Made by a program: the position numbers and the translations under genes
The notes under the pieces: model-generated
Told to the model about the DNA's origin: nothing
Seen by the model: the letters and a program-made list of their open reading frames with translations, nothing else
The model's database searches: none
Source of the DNA: Flavobacteriales bacterium
GTDB lineage: Bacteria; Bacteroidota; Bacteroidia; Flavobacteriales_F; PHOS-HE28
Length of the DNA: 64,000 nucleotides
Assembly (NCBI GenBank): GCA_016716605.1
Contig: JADJWA010000002.1
Span: 88,031-152,030 of the forward strand
Direction of reading: 5' to 3'
Shown: positions 1 through 9,401 of the stretch, piece after piece
How the letters are laid out: each line of letters opens with the position of its first letter
Numbering within the stretch: the first letter of the stretch is position 1

Positions 1-1119
1 CCTTCCAATCCGAACCCGCAGCCGATGGATCGCAGCCAAAAGAACCAATGCAGCCAGCCCGATCATGACACCCGCCTCATGGACATTGCGCCAGGTGGGC
101 ATGGCGGACTCGAACACATCCCTGTGCATCTGCCGGGCCTGTGAATACGCGTTGGCATCCATGGGCACGTGGCGCACCAAGCGTTCGTGCAGCAGGGTAC
201 CCGGACCGAAAGCCCCGTTTCCATCGCCCGGCGCGAACCGAGTGAGTTGAATCGCTATAGATCTCAAAGTTGCGCGCCCTTCAGCCATGAGGAGCTCGGG
301 GTCTGTTAGCACAGTGGACCGAATCCGGCCAAACTCCGATTCCATTATTGACCGATCGGTGTAAAGCGATTGCGGCGAGTCCTTCGCCCAGAGGAACGAA
401 TCAGCGCTGGCCGGTATGATTTCTCGCCGTTTGCACAGCGTGACAGGATCAGTGTCGCAATACTTCACCAGGTATTGCTGGAGAACGCCGTGTTCGGCCA
501 TGCGTGCGGCATAGAAAGTATTCTTCGATTTCGCCAGGGAAGGCCCCATAGGCACGGTACCAGCACATGCAATTAGCACCAGGAGCGCGATGCGCTTCCA
601 TGAAGGGTGCGCACTTGATCGCCGGAACAGTTTCAGCATCGAGGCAAGCGCAAGGACCATCGCCGTCAACCCGATATGCGACATGTGCATGGCGTAACTG
701 ACCAGGAGAAGCGCGCCGTAACCGAAGATTTCCCTCCGTGGAAGGCTTTTGGACCATAGCAACAGATACAACGTGCAAAGCAGGATTGGGGTGAACACAT
801 CGGTGATCAGCTGGCCCGAGCTGAAGGGCAGGCCGGTCACGAGCGCTATCCACGTGATGCCTCCAGCGCGCGACCATGCGCCGACCCAACCCACCTCCTT
901 CAGCAGGCGATGAAGAACGACGGCCAACAGCAGTGCTTGCGCCAGAACCACAGTCCACAGCGTGACGCCATTCAGGCTGACGAGCCGTAAGAAAACACCG
1001 TAAGTGATGGGCCGGTCGATCGGAGTATCCAAGACGAATCCCGACGAGAGATACGTGGAGGTATCAGAGTAAACCAGCGGGTAACCGTTCCATATCGCCA
1101 CCCAGAGCAACGCTACCAT
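1..1119 (-). CDS. Hypothetical integral membrane protein, partial (runs off window start)
   Basis: Manual reverse-strand translation from ATG at 1119: MVALLWVAIWNGYPLVYSDTSTYLSSGFVLDTPIDRPITYGVFLRLVSLNGVTLWTVVLAQALLLAVVLHRLL. It is hydrophobic and multi-TM with no in-frame stop before position 1. It is absent from the ORF track, presumably because it is incomplete. Confidence 0.45.
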   Translation of the reverse strand, partial: MVALLWVAIWNGYPLVYSDTSTYLSSGFVLDTPIDRPITYGVFLRLVSLNGVTLWTVVLAQALLLAVVLHRLLKEVGWVGAWSRAGGITWIALVTGLPFSSGQLITDVFTPILLCTLYLLLWSKSLPRREIFGYGALLLVSYAMHMSHIGLTAMVLALASMLKLFRRSSAHPSWKRIALLVLIACAGTVPMGPSLAKSKNTFYAARMAEHGVLQQYLVKYCDTDPVTLCKRREIIPASADSFLWAKDSPQSLYTDRSIMESEFGRIRSTVLTDPELLMAEGRATLRSIAIQLTRFAPGDGNGAFGPGTLLHERLVRHVPMDANAYSQARQMHRDVFESAMPTWRNVHEAGVMIGLAALVLLAAIHRLRVRIGR

Positions 1120-1193
1120 GGAGACTACGGTTGTTAGCGCATTCGCCACCTTACCGTTTCTCCCAAAGGCCATGCGTCAAGTTTACGCTAAGG

Positions 1194-1955
1194 CTATTTC
1201 ATCCCCCGCTCCTTCTGGATCGCCTCATAGGCCTCTTGCACCTTCTTGAACTTCTCGTTCGCCGCTTTCTGCACCTCCTCACCGAGCTGCGCCACCTTGT
1301 CCGGGTGGTACTTCATGGCCATGCGGCGGTAAGCCTTCTTCACCTCCTCGTCGGTGGCGGTGCGGTCGATCTCGAGCACCGCATACGCAGCACCTGGATC
1401 GGCGGTGCGGAACATGGCACTCAACGAGCCCAGGTCCTTCTCGCTGATGCCGAGTTCGTGCGCGACGGTGCGCAGCAGGCCGATCTCGCTACGGTGCACC
1501 TCGCCATCGGCATGGGCCAGTCCGATGAGGTAATGCAGGAGCTGCAAGCGCACGGGGTGCGGCATGTTGTGGCGCACCTGCGCGCATACCTCGTGCACGG
1601 GGATCTCCTGCTTGAGCGCATCGCGCAGCAGCACGAGCAACTCACCGGCCTGCTGCGCGCCGAACTGCTGCATGAAGAAGCGCCGCACATGATCGAGTTC
1701 GCGCTGGGTCACCTTGCCATCGGCCTTCATCAGCGCGGCCGTGAGCACCACAAGGCTCATGGCCAAGTCGCCGGAAGTGGTGGAGCGGGCGCGCGGCGGA
1801 GGCTGCGCGGTGCTTCCATCCGTGCTGCCGCCCATGTGATCCATCATGGCCCCGATGGCGAAGCCGAGTATGCCGCCGATGGGGCCGCCGAAGGCCCAGC
1901 CGAGCCCGCCACCGATCCATTTGCTGAAAGCCATTGCGCGAATTGAGGTCGGCAA
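1194..1955 (-). CDS. djlA: DnaJ-like co-chaperone DjlA (N-terminal TM, TerB-like middle, C-terminal J domain)
   Basis: 253 aa. N-terminal Gly-rich TM segment, a central TerB-like region, and a C-terminal J domain with KAYRRMAMKYHPDK (HPD motif). Confidence 0.85.
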   Translation of the reverse strand: MPTSIRAMAFSKWIGGGLGWAFGGPIGGILGFAIGAMMDHMGGSTDGSTAQPPPRARSTTSGDLAMSLVVLTAALMKADGKVTQRELDHVRRFFMQQFGAQQAGELLVLLRDALKQEIPVHEVCAQVRHNMPHPVRLQLLHYLIGLAHADGEVHRSEIGLLRTVAHELGISEKDLGSLSAMFRTADPGAAYAVLEIDRTATDEEVKKAYRRMAMKYHPDKVAQLGEEVQKAANEKFKKVQEAYEAIQKERGMK

Positions 1956-2002
1956 AGATGAATGTTGGGCCGTGCAGTGCCAGCGCGCCGATGCACGAGC
2001 GG

Positions 2003-2734
2003 CTACTGCTCCTGCTGCTCGGCTTCAGCCGGCACCACACGGTACCGCAGCAGCACATCCGACCACACGGTCTCATTCCCTGCGGTGCGCGCATCGCGCA
2101 GCGGTGATGGATCGCTCCAATCGCCGGGCTCCGGTGATTCGGGCAAGGGCAGGTCGAAGGCGAGCCAGGTATCCTCCTCGATGTGGAAGCTGAGGATGCG
2201 CGTGCTCGAACGGGTGTTCAGATCCGCTCTCACAGGCACGATCAAGAAGCCCCCCTCCTCCCGGAACTCCGATCGATCGACGGTCGCGTAGCCGTTGTCC
2301 TTCGGTCCTGCATACAGGCTCATGCGGATCTGATCAGGCTCACGCGATCGGTCCGTGATCCGCTCCAGCGGCACGCGCACCTCCACCTCCAAGGCGAGCA
2401 AGGCGCCTTGATGCTTCAAGGGGCGTGGGATGGACAGCAGGCTGAGCCCTGCGATGCCGAAGAGCGCCACTTGGGCCAGCAGCAGCGACAAGCCCAATGC
2501 CTTCCAGAACTGCATCCATTCCGCTGCGCTCACGAGCTTGGTTCCCAGCAGTCCCAACAAGAAACCGCCGATGAAGCCCGCTGGGATGAAGAGGAAGACG
2601 ATCGCATAGCCGCGCTTGCCCTCGAAGTCGCTCACGCCGTGCAGGCCCGTGACCTTGTCAGCCACGAAAACCGTGGCGAAGGCCGTGATGATGGCTGTGA
2701 GCAGGGCGACGACGAGGGCGATCTTCCAGGACAT
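2003..2734 (-). CDS. Hypothetical membrane protein
   Basis: ORF trimmed to the internal start MSWKIALVVALLTAIITAFATVFV (TM), with a second hydrophobic segment. The longer upstream extension is Arg-rich and implausible. Confidence 0.5.
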   Translation of the reverse strand: MSWKIALVVALLTAIITAFATVFVADKVTGLHGVSDFEGKRGYAIVFLFIPAGFIGGFLLGLLGTKLVSAAEWMQFWKALGLSLLLAQVALFGIAGLSLLSIPRPLKHQGALLALEVEVRVPLERITDRSREPDQIRMSLYAGPKDNGYATVDRSEFREEGGFLIVPVRADLNTRSSTRILSFHIEEDTWLAFDLPLPESPEPGDWSDPSPLRDARTAGNETVWSDVLLRYRVVPAEAEQQEQ

Positions 2735-2794
2735 GGTGGGCGCGTGCCGGTGAAGATCGCATCTTCGACGCATTCAGGCGTGAACAGCAAGTGC

Positions 2795-3073
2795 ATGGCA
2801 CAGGTCATCATCACCGAAGAGGGGCGCTCCGGCTCCGTGCTTTTTGAATCCGATGGCCGCCGCATCTCCGGCTGGTGGGAATTCGCCGGAGGCGATGCCG
2901 TGGCGATCGTTCACATCGGCAGCGCCAGCGAGTGGCGGCATGGCCACTCCTGGGCGGTGGATCAGCGCGTAGAGATCATGCGCTTCATCGCGGATGAGGT
3001 GATCCGGCAAAAGGCCAGCAGCTGCAAGGCCGTGATCGATGAGGAGGGCGGATGGATCACGCTCAAACGATGA
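2795..3073 (+). CDS. Small hypothetical protein
   Basis: This is the 3' part of the long ORF 2183-3073, which otherwise overlaps the antisense membrane gene. Only the portion after the minus-strand gene end is non-overlapping and protein-like (MAQVIITEEGRSGSVLFESDGRRISGWWEFAGGDAVAIVHIG). Confidence 0.35.
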   Translation: MAQVIITEEGRSGSVLFESDGRRISGWWEFAGGDAVAIVHIGSASEWRHGHSWAVDQRVEIMRFIADEVIRQKASSCKAVIDEEGGWITLKR

Positions 3074-3083
3074 TCTACAGCGG

Positions 3084-4160
3084 ATGAGCGACACAAAGGA
3101 TGAACAGGAGACCGCCGTCGCATGGTACCGGCGGTACCGTTCGCTGGGCCTCAAGCTCTCGCTATTCGTGGGCGTTGCGGCCCTCATCTTCGGCGCTGTG
3201 ATGTGGTTCGGGAAGAAGGTCCTCTCCGTGGCCCCCGCGAGCGGAGTTCCGCTGGGCGAATGCGTGCGCACCGAAAGCCACATCGCCTCGCTCATTCAAG
3301 CCACCGACCCGCACCTGCCCGAGATCAGCGGCCGCGGCGGAAACACCACCACGAGCGTCAGCATCCTGATCATTCCGATGGATGGGAGCGAGCCGAAGAA
3401 GATCCTGATCGCCGAGGGCCTCACGTCGAATCAGTTCGCCTTAGCGAAGATCCTCGGCAGTGATGGACAGGTCCTGTGGTTCGACGTCAACGGCATCGGC
3501 GGCGTGGACCTGAAGCGCTTGGCATTGCTGCAACCCGCAGAAGTGCGAGACCCCTACGTGCCGAAGTCCGCATGGCCCTTCGCGATCAGCGCTGACACCT
3601 ACCTCTCCGCTGGTTTCATCGTAGCGCACGGACAATGGCTCGGGCTCCATTCAGAAGAGGAGCTGATGAGCGAGTTCGCTCCGAAGAAGTTCTTGCGGCG
3701 CGTGGTCCCGCAGCCACTTCGCTCTGCTCGTGGTGACGGCCTACCAGTGCGCCGATTCCATCGCGGTGTGCTTGAAGCGCCCGTGGATGAGAAGTACCAT
3801 CGCATCATTTCCATGGATCCGCTCAGCAACGATGCGTACTTCAATGCGGCCTTCCTGCGCATGGACGACGATGCGGAACCGATTCGCCTCACCGATCCCG
3901 ATGGCGCGCTCATGATCCACACCTCTGAGCCCGGGCTCAAGGGCACCACCGCCATCTCTCGTGTCGACCTTGATGGCAGGGTCATTTGGTCAGTGGATAC
4001 CGCCATCGATCGCTTCAAGCTCTTGCAGATCCTGCCGGGGAAAGAGTCGTTCGCCTTCGTGGGCACGCGGCTGCCCGTGCCGGATAAGCTGAGTGAGCCC
4101 TTGGTGGTGATCGTGGATAATGCCACAGGTGAGGTGCGCTCGGAGACGTTGTGGAGGTAG
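3084..4160 (+). CDS. Hypothetical single-pass membrane protein with large C-terminal domain
   Basis: Start MSDTKDEQ. One TM (LSLFVGVAALIFGAVMWF) followed by about 300 aa of soluble domain. A diverged copy of its last 52 codons recurs at 6630-6797. Confidence 0.6.
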   Translation: MSDTKDEQETAVAWYRRYRSLGLKLSLFVGVAALIFGAVMWFGKKVLSVAPASGVPLGECVRTESHIASLIQATDPHLPEISGRGGNTTTSVSILIIPMDGSEPKKILIAEGLTSNQFALAKILGSDGQVLWFDVNGIGGVDLKRLALLQPAEVRDPYVPKSAWPFAISADTYLSAGFIVAHGQWLGLHSEEELMSEFAPKKFLRRVVPQPLRSARGDGLPVRRFHRGVLEAPVDEKYHRIISMDPLSNDAYFNAAFLRMDDDAEPIRLTDPDGALMIHTSEPGLKGTTAISRVDLDGRVIWSVDTAIDRFKLLQILPGKESFAFVGTRLPVPDKLSEPLVVIVDNATGEVRSETLWR

Positions 4161-4199
4161 ACCAAAGCGCCGGTCGGTCACACGCGCCTGCTCTCCGCC

Positions 4200-4240
4200 G
4201 CATTGACTTGATGCCCCGAGGTCTGGAAGGATCCGTCTAC
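4200..4240 (+). promoter_or_regulatory. Candidate Bacteroidota-type promoter (-33 TTG / -7 TAnnTTTG) upstream of the NTPase-LRR gene
   Basis: TACATTTG at about 4228-4235 matches the Bacteroidota -7 consensus TAnnTTTG. A TTG lies about 25 nt upstream, in ATTGACTTG. Confidence 0.35.
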
Positions 4241-4274
4241 ATTTGATTCACAGGGTTCCAACGCCAGCCCATCG

Positions 4275-6608
4275 ATGTCCAAAGGATCCCAAGGTGAGCC
4301 AACGGTCCTTGACCTGCTCAAGGAGCTGAAGGAGTACATCATCGTGCTCGCCCTGCTCGCCAGCGTGGTGGGCTACCTTGCGTACAACCTGCACAAGCTG
4401 CCGGAGAGCATGTGGCTGTTGCGCATCCTGTTCTGGATGGCCGTGCCGGTGATCCTGCTGCTGATCTACCTCTACAACCTGCGGCCTGCCATGATCAGGC
4501 AGCGCGAGCTGCGCATCCGTCCTACCGGCGACCCCACGGCGGAGTACTTCACGACGTCGCCACGGACGGAAGCGGATAGCGCGCTTTTCAATGGTAAACC
4601 GGAATACGAGAAGATTCTGAGCTGGCTGATGAGCGCGCATGAACCCGTCCTGATGCTCACTGGTCAATCGGGGGTTGGCAAGAGTTCGTTGGTCGATGCG
4701 TACTTGGCGCCTGAGCTGAGCAAACACTCCGAGCCGCGTATAGAGGTCGTCCGTTTGCGTGCAGGGCAGGATCCGCTTGCTGAGTTGAAGGGTGCCTTAT
4801 CTGAACGGCTGAAGGCTTTCGGCAATGATGCCGGCAACCTGGATGCCCTTCAACTGGTGAGCGCCTTGGAAAGCATCGCACCTGCTGGACATCGCACGCT
4901 GATCGTGCTGGACCAATTCGAGGAGTTCTTCCTGTTGCAAGGCGCGGTCGCCAATGCGGATCCCGTGAGCGCGGGAAAACCGATCGTGCATCAGCCGATG
5001 GTTGAGGAACTCCGGGATTTTTTCCGCAGGCTGTTGGTACTGCGGCCAACGCGCCTTTCCATCCTGCTCTCCTATCGTGAAGACCACCAGCCAATGGTGG
5101 ACGCACTTGAACTGCCCGCGCGGACCGAGCGGCTCAACTGGATGCCCGTGTACCCGATGTCACTTGCCAGCACGCGGGCCTTCATCAACGCCTGCCCCGG
5201 CCTCAATGTGCCGAAGGAGCGCATGGACAAGGTGATCGCAGAGGCCGCACGGTACGAGGATAGCCAGGGCATCCGGCCGATCGTGTCTAACATCCTCGGG
5301 CTCGTGCTGCTCCGTATGGTCGACCATCCTACGGCCTGGCGAAGGACCGACGATCTACTGCGCTATTACGTGGAGAGCGGATTGGGTAAGGAATTGCGGC
5401 TCGACCGGGCCAAAGTGCTCCGATCGCTGCTTTCTGATTTCAGGACCGCAACACCGCATGCCGTCAGGAAATTGGCGAGCTCGACGCGCTGGTCCGTACG
5501 CACCCTGGAGAACCAATTGGAACTACTCGGACACCATGGCCTGCTGCGCTGCCTGAATCCCGCCGAACCGGAGCCTGGCGAGCGCAAATGGCAGATCGCG
5601 CATGACTTCCTCGCCTTGCAGGTGGATCGCGTAATGCCCGGCATTCATCAAACGACCTTCCGTGCGATCCGCCCGTGGCTCGCTCCGACAGCCTTGCTCA
5701 TCGTCATCCTGCTTACCTCATTCATCGCCAATAGCCCCGAAGACAGAGCCGCACGCTCGCTCCGTGAAGTCGGGCTGATGTGGGATCCGGAACGGCGGAC
5801 GATCGAGTCATCAAGCTACGCCGAGGAGAACCTCTCATCGGAAATGATCCGTGAACGGAAAGGCGATCTGGTGCTCCTTGATCCGCAAGCGATGAGTGTC
5901 TACTCCGAGGTATTGGTCGATCTCGAATGGCTTCAGGGACTTCAATCGTTGCGATCCCTTGATATCCTTGGCTGCAATGAGCTGAAGGATCTTAGTGGAT
6001 TGCATTGGGCACCCGGAATCGTGGAACTTGAGATATCTCTGAACACCGGTATCGAGGAACTGGGCGGGCTGCAACACCTCCACGGGCTCAGGTTCTTTTC
6101 TATGGCATATTGCCCAAAGCTCAACGGTATCGAAGAGTTGTCGGGCCTGACAAGCCTGCGAACGCTGAGCCTGGCGAGCAACGACTGGCTGAAGGACTTG
6201 AACGCGATACGCGGCTTGGATTCGCTGGAGCAACTTCGCCTGGGTAATTGCCAACAACTCACCGACTTCAGCGGGCTGCAAGGCTTTGCGCGGCTAAGTC
6301 GTCTGGACTTGAAGAGGTGCGTTCGGCTGAAGGACCTCGAAGCGCTGCGCGGGTTGACCTCACTCCGGGCGCTTGACATCTCCTTTTGCGACAGCCTTGT
6401 CGACCTGAGCGCGCTGACGGCACTACCTGCCATGGATACCTTGCGCTTGCATGGGCCGTGGTTGTTCGAGATGGTGGATGAACTACCACCATTACCCCAA
6501 CCGCGACGGATAGAGATCGGTGCATGCGAATTACCCGTCGGTGCCGATACCGCAGGTCTTCGCGCGAAACTCCCCCATATGGTGGTGCTACCGAAACCGG
6601 ATAGGTAG
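4275..6608 (+). CDS. Membrane-anchored P-loop NTPase (STAND/NACHT-like) with C-terminal cysteine-containing leucine-rich repeats; NLR-like candidate sensor/defence protein
   Basis: 777 aa. Two N-terminal TM helices (IIVLALLASVVGYLAY; MWLLRILFWMAVPVILLLIYLY). Walker A LMLTGQSGVGKSSLV and Walker B TLIVLDQFEEFF. A third hydrophobic helix (LAPTALLIVILLTSFIANS). About 10 LRRs of LxxLxxLxLxxCxxLxDLSxL type (LDILGCNELKDLSGL, LRLGNCQQLTDFSGL, LDLKRCVRLKDLEAL, LDISFCDSLVDLSAL). Confidence 0.8.
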   Translation: MSKGSQGEPTVLDLLKELKEYIIVLALLASVVGYLAYNLHKLPESMWLLRILFWMAVPVILLLIYLYNLRPAMIRQRELRIRPTGDPTAEYFTTSPRTEADSALFNGKPEYEKILSWLMSAHEPVLMLTGQSGVGKSSLVDAYLAPELSKHSEPRIEVVRLRAGQDPLAELKGALSERLKAFGNDAGNLDALQLVSALESIAPAGHRTLIVLDQFEEFFLLQGAVANADPVSAGKPIVHQPMVEELRDFFRRLLVLRPTRLSILLSYREDHQPMVDALELPARTERLNWMPVYPMSLASTRAFINACPGLNVPKERMDKVIAEAARYEDSQGIRPIVSNILGLVLLRMVDHPTAWRRTDDLLRYYVESGLGKELRLDRAKVLRSLLSDFRTATPHAVRKLASSTRWSVRTLENQLELLGHHGLLRCLNPAEPEPGERKWQIAHDFLALQVDRVMPGIHQTTFRAIRPWLAPTALLIVILLTSFIANSPEDRAARSLREVGLMWDPERRTIESSSYAEENLSSEMIRERKGDLVLLDPQAMSVYSEVLVDLEWLQGLQSLRSLDILGCNELKDLSGLHWAPGIVELEISLNTGIEELGGLQHLHGLRFFSMAYCPKLNGIEELSGLTSLRTLSLASNDWLKDLNAIRGLDSLEQLRLGNCQQLTDFSGLQGFARLSRLDLKRCVRLKDLEALRGLTSLRALDISFCDSLVDLSALTALPAMDTLRLHGPWLFEMVDELPPLPQPRRIEIGACELPVGADTAGLRAKLPHMVVLPKPDR

Positions 6609-6629
6609 ATGATCCATGCATTGTGCTGT

Positions 6630-6797
6630 AAAGGGGTTGTCCAATCCATCGCTTCAAACTCGCACAAGTCATGACCGGAAAGGGCGCCTACGCATTCGTC
6701 AGCACTAGGCCTCCTTTGCCTGACAAGCTTAGCGAGCCCTTGGTGGTGATCGTGGATAACGAATCGGGCGAAGCGAGCACCCATTCACTGTGGCGCT
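6630..6797 (+). pseudogene. 3'-terminal remnant of a paralog of the 3084-4160 gene
   Basis: Translates to PIHRFKLAQVMTGKGAYAFVSTRPPLPDKLSEPLVVIVDNESGEASTHSLWR*, against AIDRFKLLQILPGKESFAFVGTRLPVPDKLSEPLVVIVDNATGEVRSETLWR* at the end of 3084-4160. An in-frame TAA lies immediately upstream, and no start codon or N-terminal region is present. Confidence 0.55.
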
Positions 6798-6829
6798 AGC
6801 CGCTGGGCATTGATGAGGTAGCTTGCGGC

Positions 6830-7939
6830 ATGCATGTATTGCACCTTCTGCTTGTCGGCGCTTCCTTCAACGCCATCATCGTGCAGGCCCAGCCTTGGGA
6901 ACGCCCGCTGATGCAGGCGTGGTCGGCTGATGGCGTCACCTTTTCCGTGCCCTCGATCTTCCAGGATTCCTCTGGCGTGCCGTCAGTGATCCGCTGGAAG
7001 CCAGACACGCTCATATGCGCCTTCCAATGGTTCCGCCAGCCCATGGGCTCACCATCCTGGGACCGCGTCGCCGTGAAATTCTCCTACGATGACGGCCAGA
7101 GCTGGACTACGCCCGAAGCGATCCTTGTGAACGGCCTGCCATCGGGCTATCAACGGCCCTTCGACCCTACGCTCGTGAAGCTTGGCGGCGACAGCCTGCG
7201 CATCTACTTCTCATCCAGCGCCACGCCGCCCATGGGACTCGATGCCTCAGTGAACACCTATTCGGCCCACACCACCGATGGCGTCAACTACACCTTCGAG
7301 CCAGGTGCGCGCGTGGACGTGGCCACCATGCCCGTGATCGATCCCGCCGTGATCCGCTTCGGGCCGGGCTGGCACTACGCCGCGCCGGCCGGTGCGCCGC
7401 AGGATGGCGCTTACCACTACCTCTCGCCCAATGGGATCGACTTCAACGCCGTGCCCATGATTCCGTCCGACGCCATGCACAACTGGACCGGCAACTACAT
7501 GGTGGAAAGTCCGAACGAGCTCCGCTTCTATGGCGCTGGGCAGAACGGGGTCTGGTACAACTCCTCGCCGAACGGCGGCACCTGGAACGGCTACGTGAGC
7601 ACCAACATCATGGGCGGCGACCCGAGCGTGGTGAAGGTGGCTGACAACAGCTACCTGATCGTTTACGTGGGCCAGCCATACGCCATGGGTCTTGATGGAC
7701 CAGCTGCCTCAAGCGCGAAAGTATCGGTGGTGCCGGTGCCCGCGCGCGACAGGCTCCGCCTCGTGAACGGATCATCTGTTGTGAGCTACCTGATCCTGAG
7801 CATGGCCGGTGCGATCCTGCAAGAAGGCCGGCCGATGAACGGGATGATCGATGTGCAGCGCATTCCGGCAGGCGCGCACCTCCTGCAACTGCATGATGCG
7901 GAGGGTGAGCGCACGACCTTGCGGATCATGAAGGATTAG
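6830..7939 (+). CDS. Secreted BNR/Asp-box (sialidase-fold-like) protein with T9SS C-terminal sorting domain
   Basis: Signal peptide. One Asp-box SYDDGQSWTTP. The C-terminal roughly 80 aa is a Por secretion tail (VSVVPVPARDRLRLV...LQLHDAEGERTTLRIMKD). Confidence 0.7.
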   Translation: MHVLHLLLVGASFNAIIVQAQPWERPLMQAWSADGVTFSVPSIFQDSSGVPSVIRWKPDTLICAFQWFRQPMGSPSWDRVAVKFSYDDGQSWTTPEAILVNGLPSGYQRPFDPTLVKLGGDSLRIYFSSSATPPMGLDASVNTYSAHTTDGVNYTFEPGARVDVATMPVIDPAVIRFGPGWHYAAPAGAPQDGAYHYLSPNGIDFNAVPMIPSDAMHNWTGNYMVESPNELRFYGAGQNGVWYNSSPNGGTWNGYVSTNIMGGDPSVVKVADNSYLIVYVGQPYAMGLDGPAASSAKVSVVPVPARDRLRLVNGSSVVSYLILSMAGAILQEGRPMNGMIDVQRIPAGAHLLQLHDAEGERTTLRIMKD

Positions 7940-7973
7940 GGCAACGCCGGATCGGATCATTGTCCTTTGCTCC

Positions 7974-9161
7974 ATGGAACGCAAACGCATCGCGATCATC
8001 GGGGGAGGACCTGCTGGCCTGATCGCAGCCGATGCGCTCGCCCAACATGGCGAGGTGCACCTCTATGAGCAAGGCAAGAGCGTAGGCCGCAAATTCCTCG
8101 TGGCCGGACAAGGCGGTTTCAACCTCACGAACAGTGCGGAGGGCGAAACGTTGAAGGCGATGTATGCGCCACCCGGTTTCCTGGATGAAGCCCTCGCATC
8201 CTTCGGGCCCGCGGAATTGCGCGCGTGGCTGCAGGAGATGGGCATCGAAACCTACGTGGGCACCAGTGGCCGTGTCTTCCCGGTGAAAGGGACCAAGCCC
8301 ATCGATGTGCTGCAGGCCATCCGCGACCGGCTGATCGCGCGCGGGGTGCGATTCCACTTGGAACATGCCTTCATCGGCTTCGATGCCGAGGTGCGCCCGA
8401 TCATCGAGCATGCGGGCAGTCGTTCAGCCGTGCAAGCGGATCGCGTGCTCTTCGCGTTGGGCGGCGCGTCATGGTCCGTCACCGGATCCACGGGCCATTG
8501 GGTCGCGCATTTCGCATCGCTCGGCCTGGACATCGCGCCGTTCCGCTCATCGAATTGCGGGATCAACGTGCAGTGGCCCGCGCACTTCATCGCCGCGCAC
8601 GCCGGCAAGCCCTTGAAGAACATCCGCATCACGGCTGGCGACCGAAGCGTGCTTGGCGAGGCCACGATCACGGAGCACGGCCTCGAGGGCAACGCGATCT
8701 ACCCGATCGTGCCGGTGGTGCGCGAAGCCTTGGAGCGCGGTGAGGAGGCCTTCATCCGCATCGACCTGAAACCGAACAGCACCGCCGAGCACCTGTTGCA
8801 CAAGCTTTCCGGCAGCACACCAGCCGACTACCCGAAGGCCCTGCGCCTGGATCGCGTGCAGTTGGCCATGGTGAAGGCCGTTACGCCGAAGGAGCGCTTC
8901 TTCTCCCCCACCGATCTGGTGCAGGACAGCAAGCACTTGCGCATAGCGGTCACCGGTCTGCGACCGATTGAAGAAGCGATCTCGACCGTGGGGGGGATAC
9001 GTCCGGCAGACCTCACGCCCGCGTTCGCAATAGCGCGCTACCCGCAGCTGCACGCCATCGGCGAAATGGTGGATTGGGACGCCCCCACCGGCGGCTACCT
9101 GCTGCAAGGCTGCTTCGCGATGGGGCACCATGCGGCGCAGTGCATCCTCGCCGCACGCTGA
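7974..9161 (+). CDS. NAD(P)/FAD-dependent oxidoreductase, HI0933/BaiN family flavoprotein
   Basis: N-terminal Rossmann motif IAIIGGGPAGLIAA. Characteristic FLVAGQGGFNLTN, and a length of 395 aa. Confidence 0.85.
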   Translation: MERKRIAIIGGGPAGLIAADALAQHGEVHLYEQGKSVGRKFLVAGQGGFNLTNSAEGETLKAMYAPPGFLDEALASFGPAELRAWLQEMGIETYVGTSGRVFPVKGTKPIDVLQAIRDRLIARGVRFHLEHAFIGFDAEVRPIIEHAGSRSAVQADRVLFALGGASWSVTGSTGHWVAHFASLGLDIAPFRSSNCGINVQWPAHFIAAHAGKPLKNIRITAGDRSVLGEATITEHGLEGNAIYPIVPVVREALERGEEAFIRIDLKPNSTAEHLLHKLSGSTPADYPKALRLDRVQLAMVKAVTPKERFFSPTDLVQDSKHLRIAVTGLRPIEEAISTVGGIRPADLTPAFAIARYPQLHAIGEMVDWDAPTGGYLLQGCFAMGHHAAQCILAAR

Positions 9162-9401
9162 CCCCGAACGTGATCCGGCGGGATCGCGCTCGATGGGATC
9201 CCCGGAGGTGCCTGCCTGCTGGAGCTGACCGATGCCAACGGAGCGAGGATGGCCTTGAGGTTCGCTATCGAGTGAGCCCCGATGCCGACCACCACCAGCA
9301 CGATCTCGCCAGCGGCATTGGTGAAGCAGCGCGTGATGCCGCCTTGTGCCAGCAGGCTTTGGGGGATGGTTCGGAAGAAGCGGATCATGGTCGGTGTTGC
9401 T

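Noticed and set aside
2183-3073. Full-length 296-aa plus-strand ORF
   Set aside because: Its first roughly 200 codons overlap the antisense membrane protein gene 2003-2734 and are low-complexity. Only the non-overlapping 3' part was kept, with low confidence.
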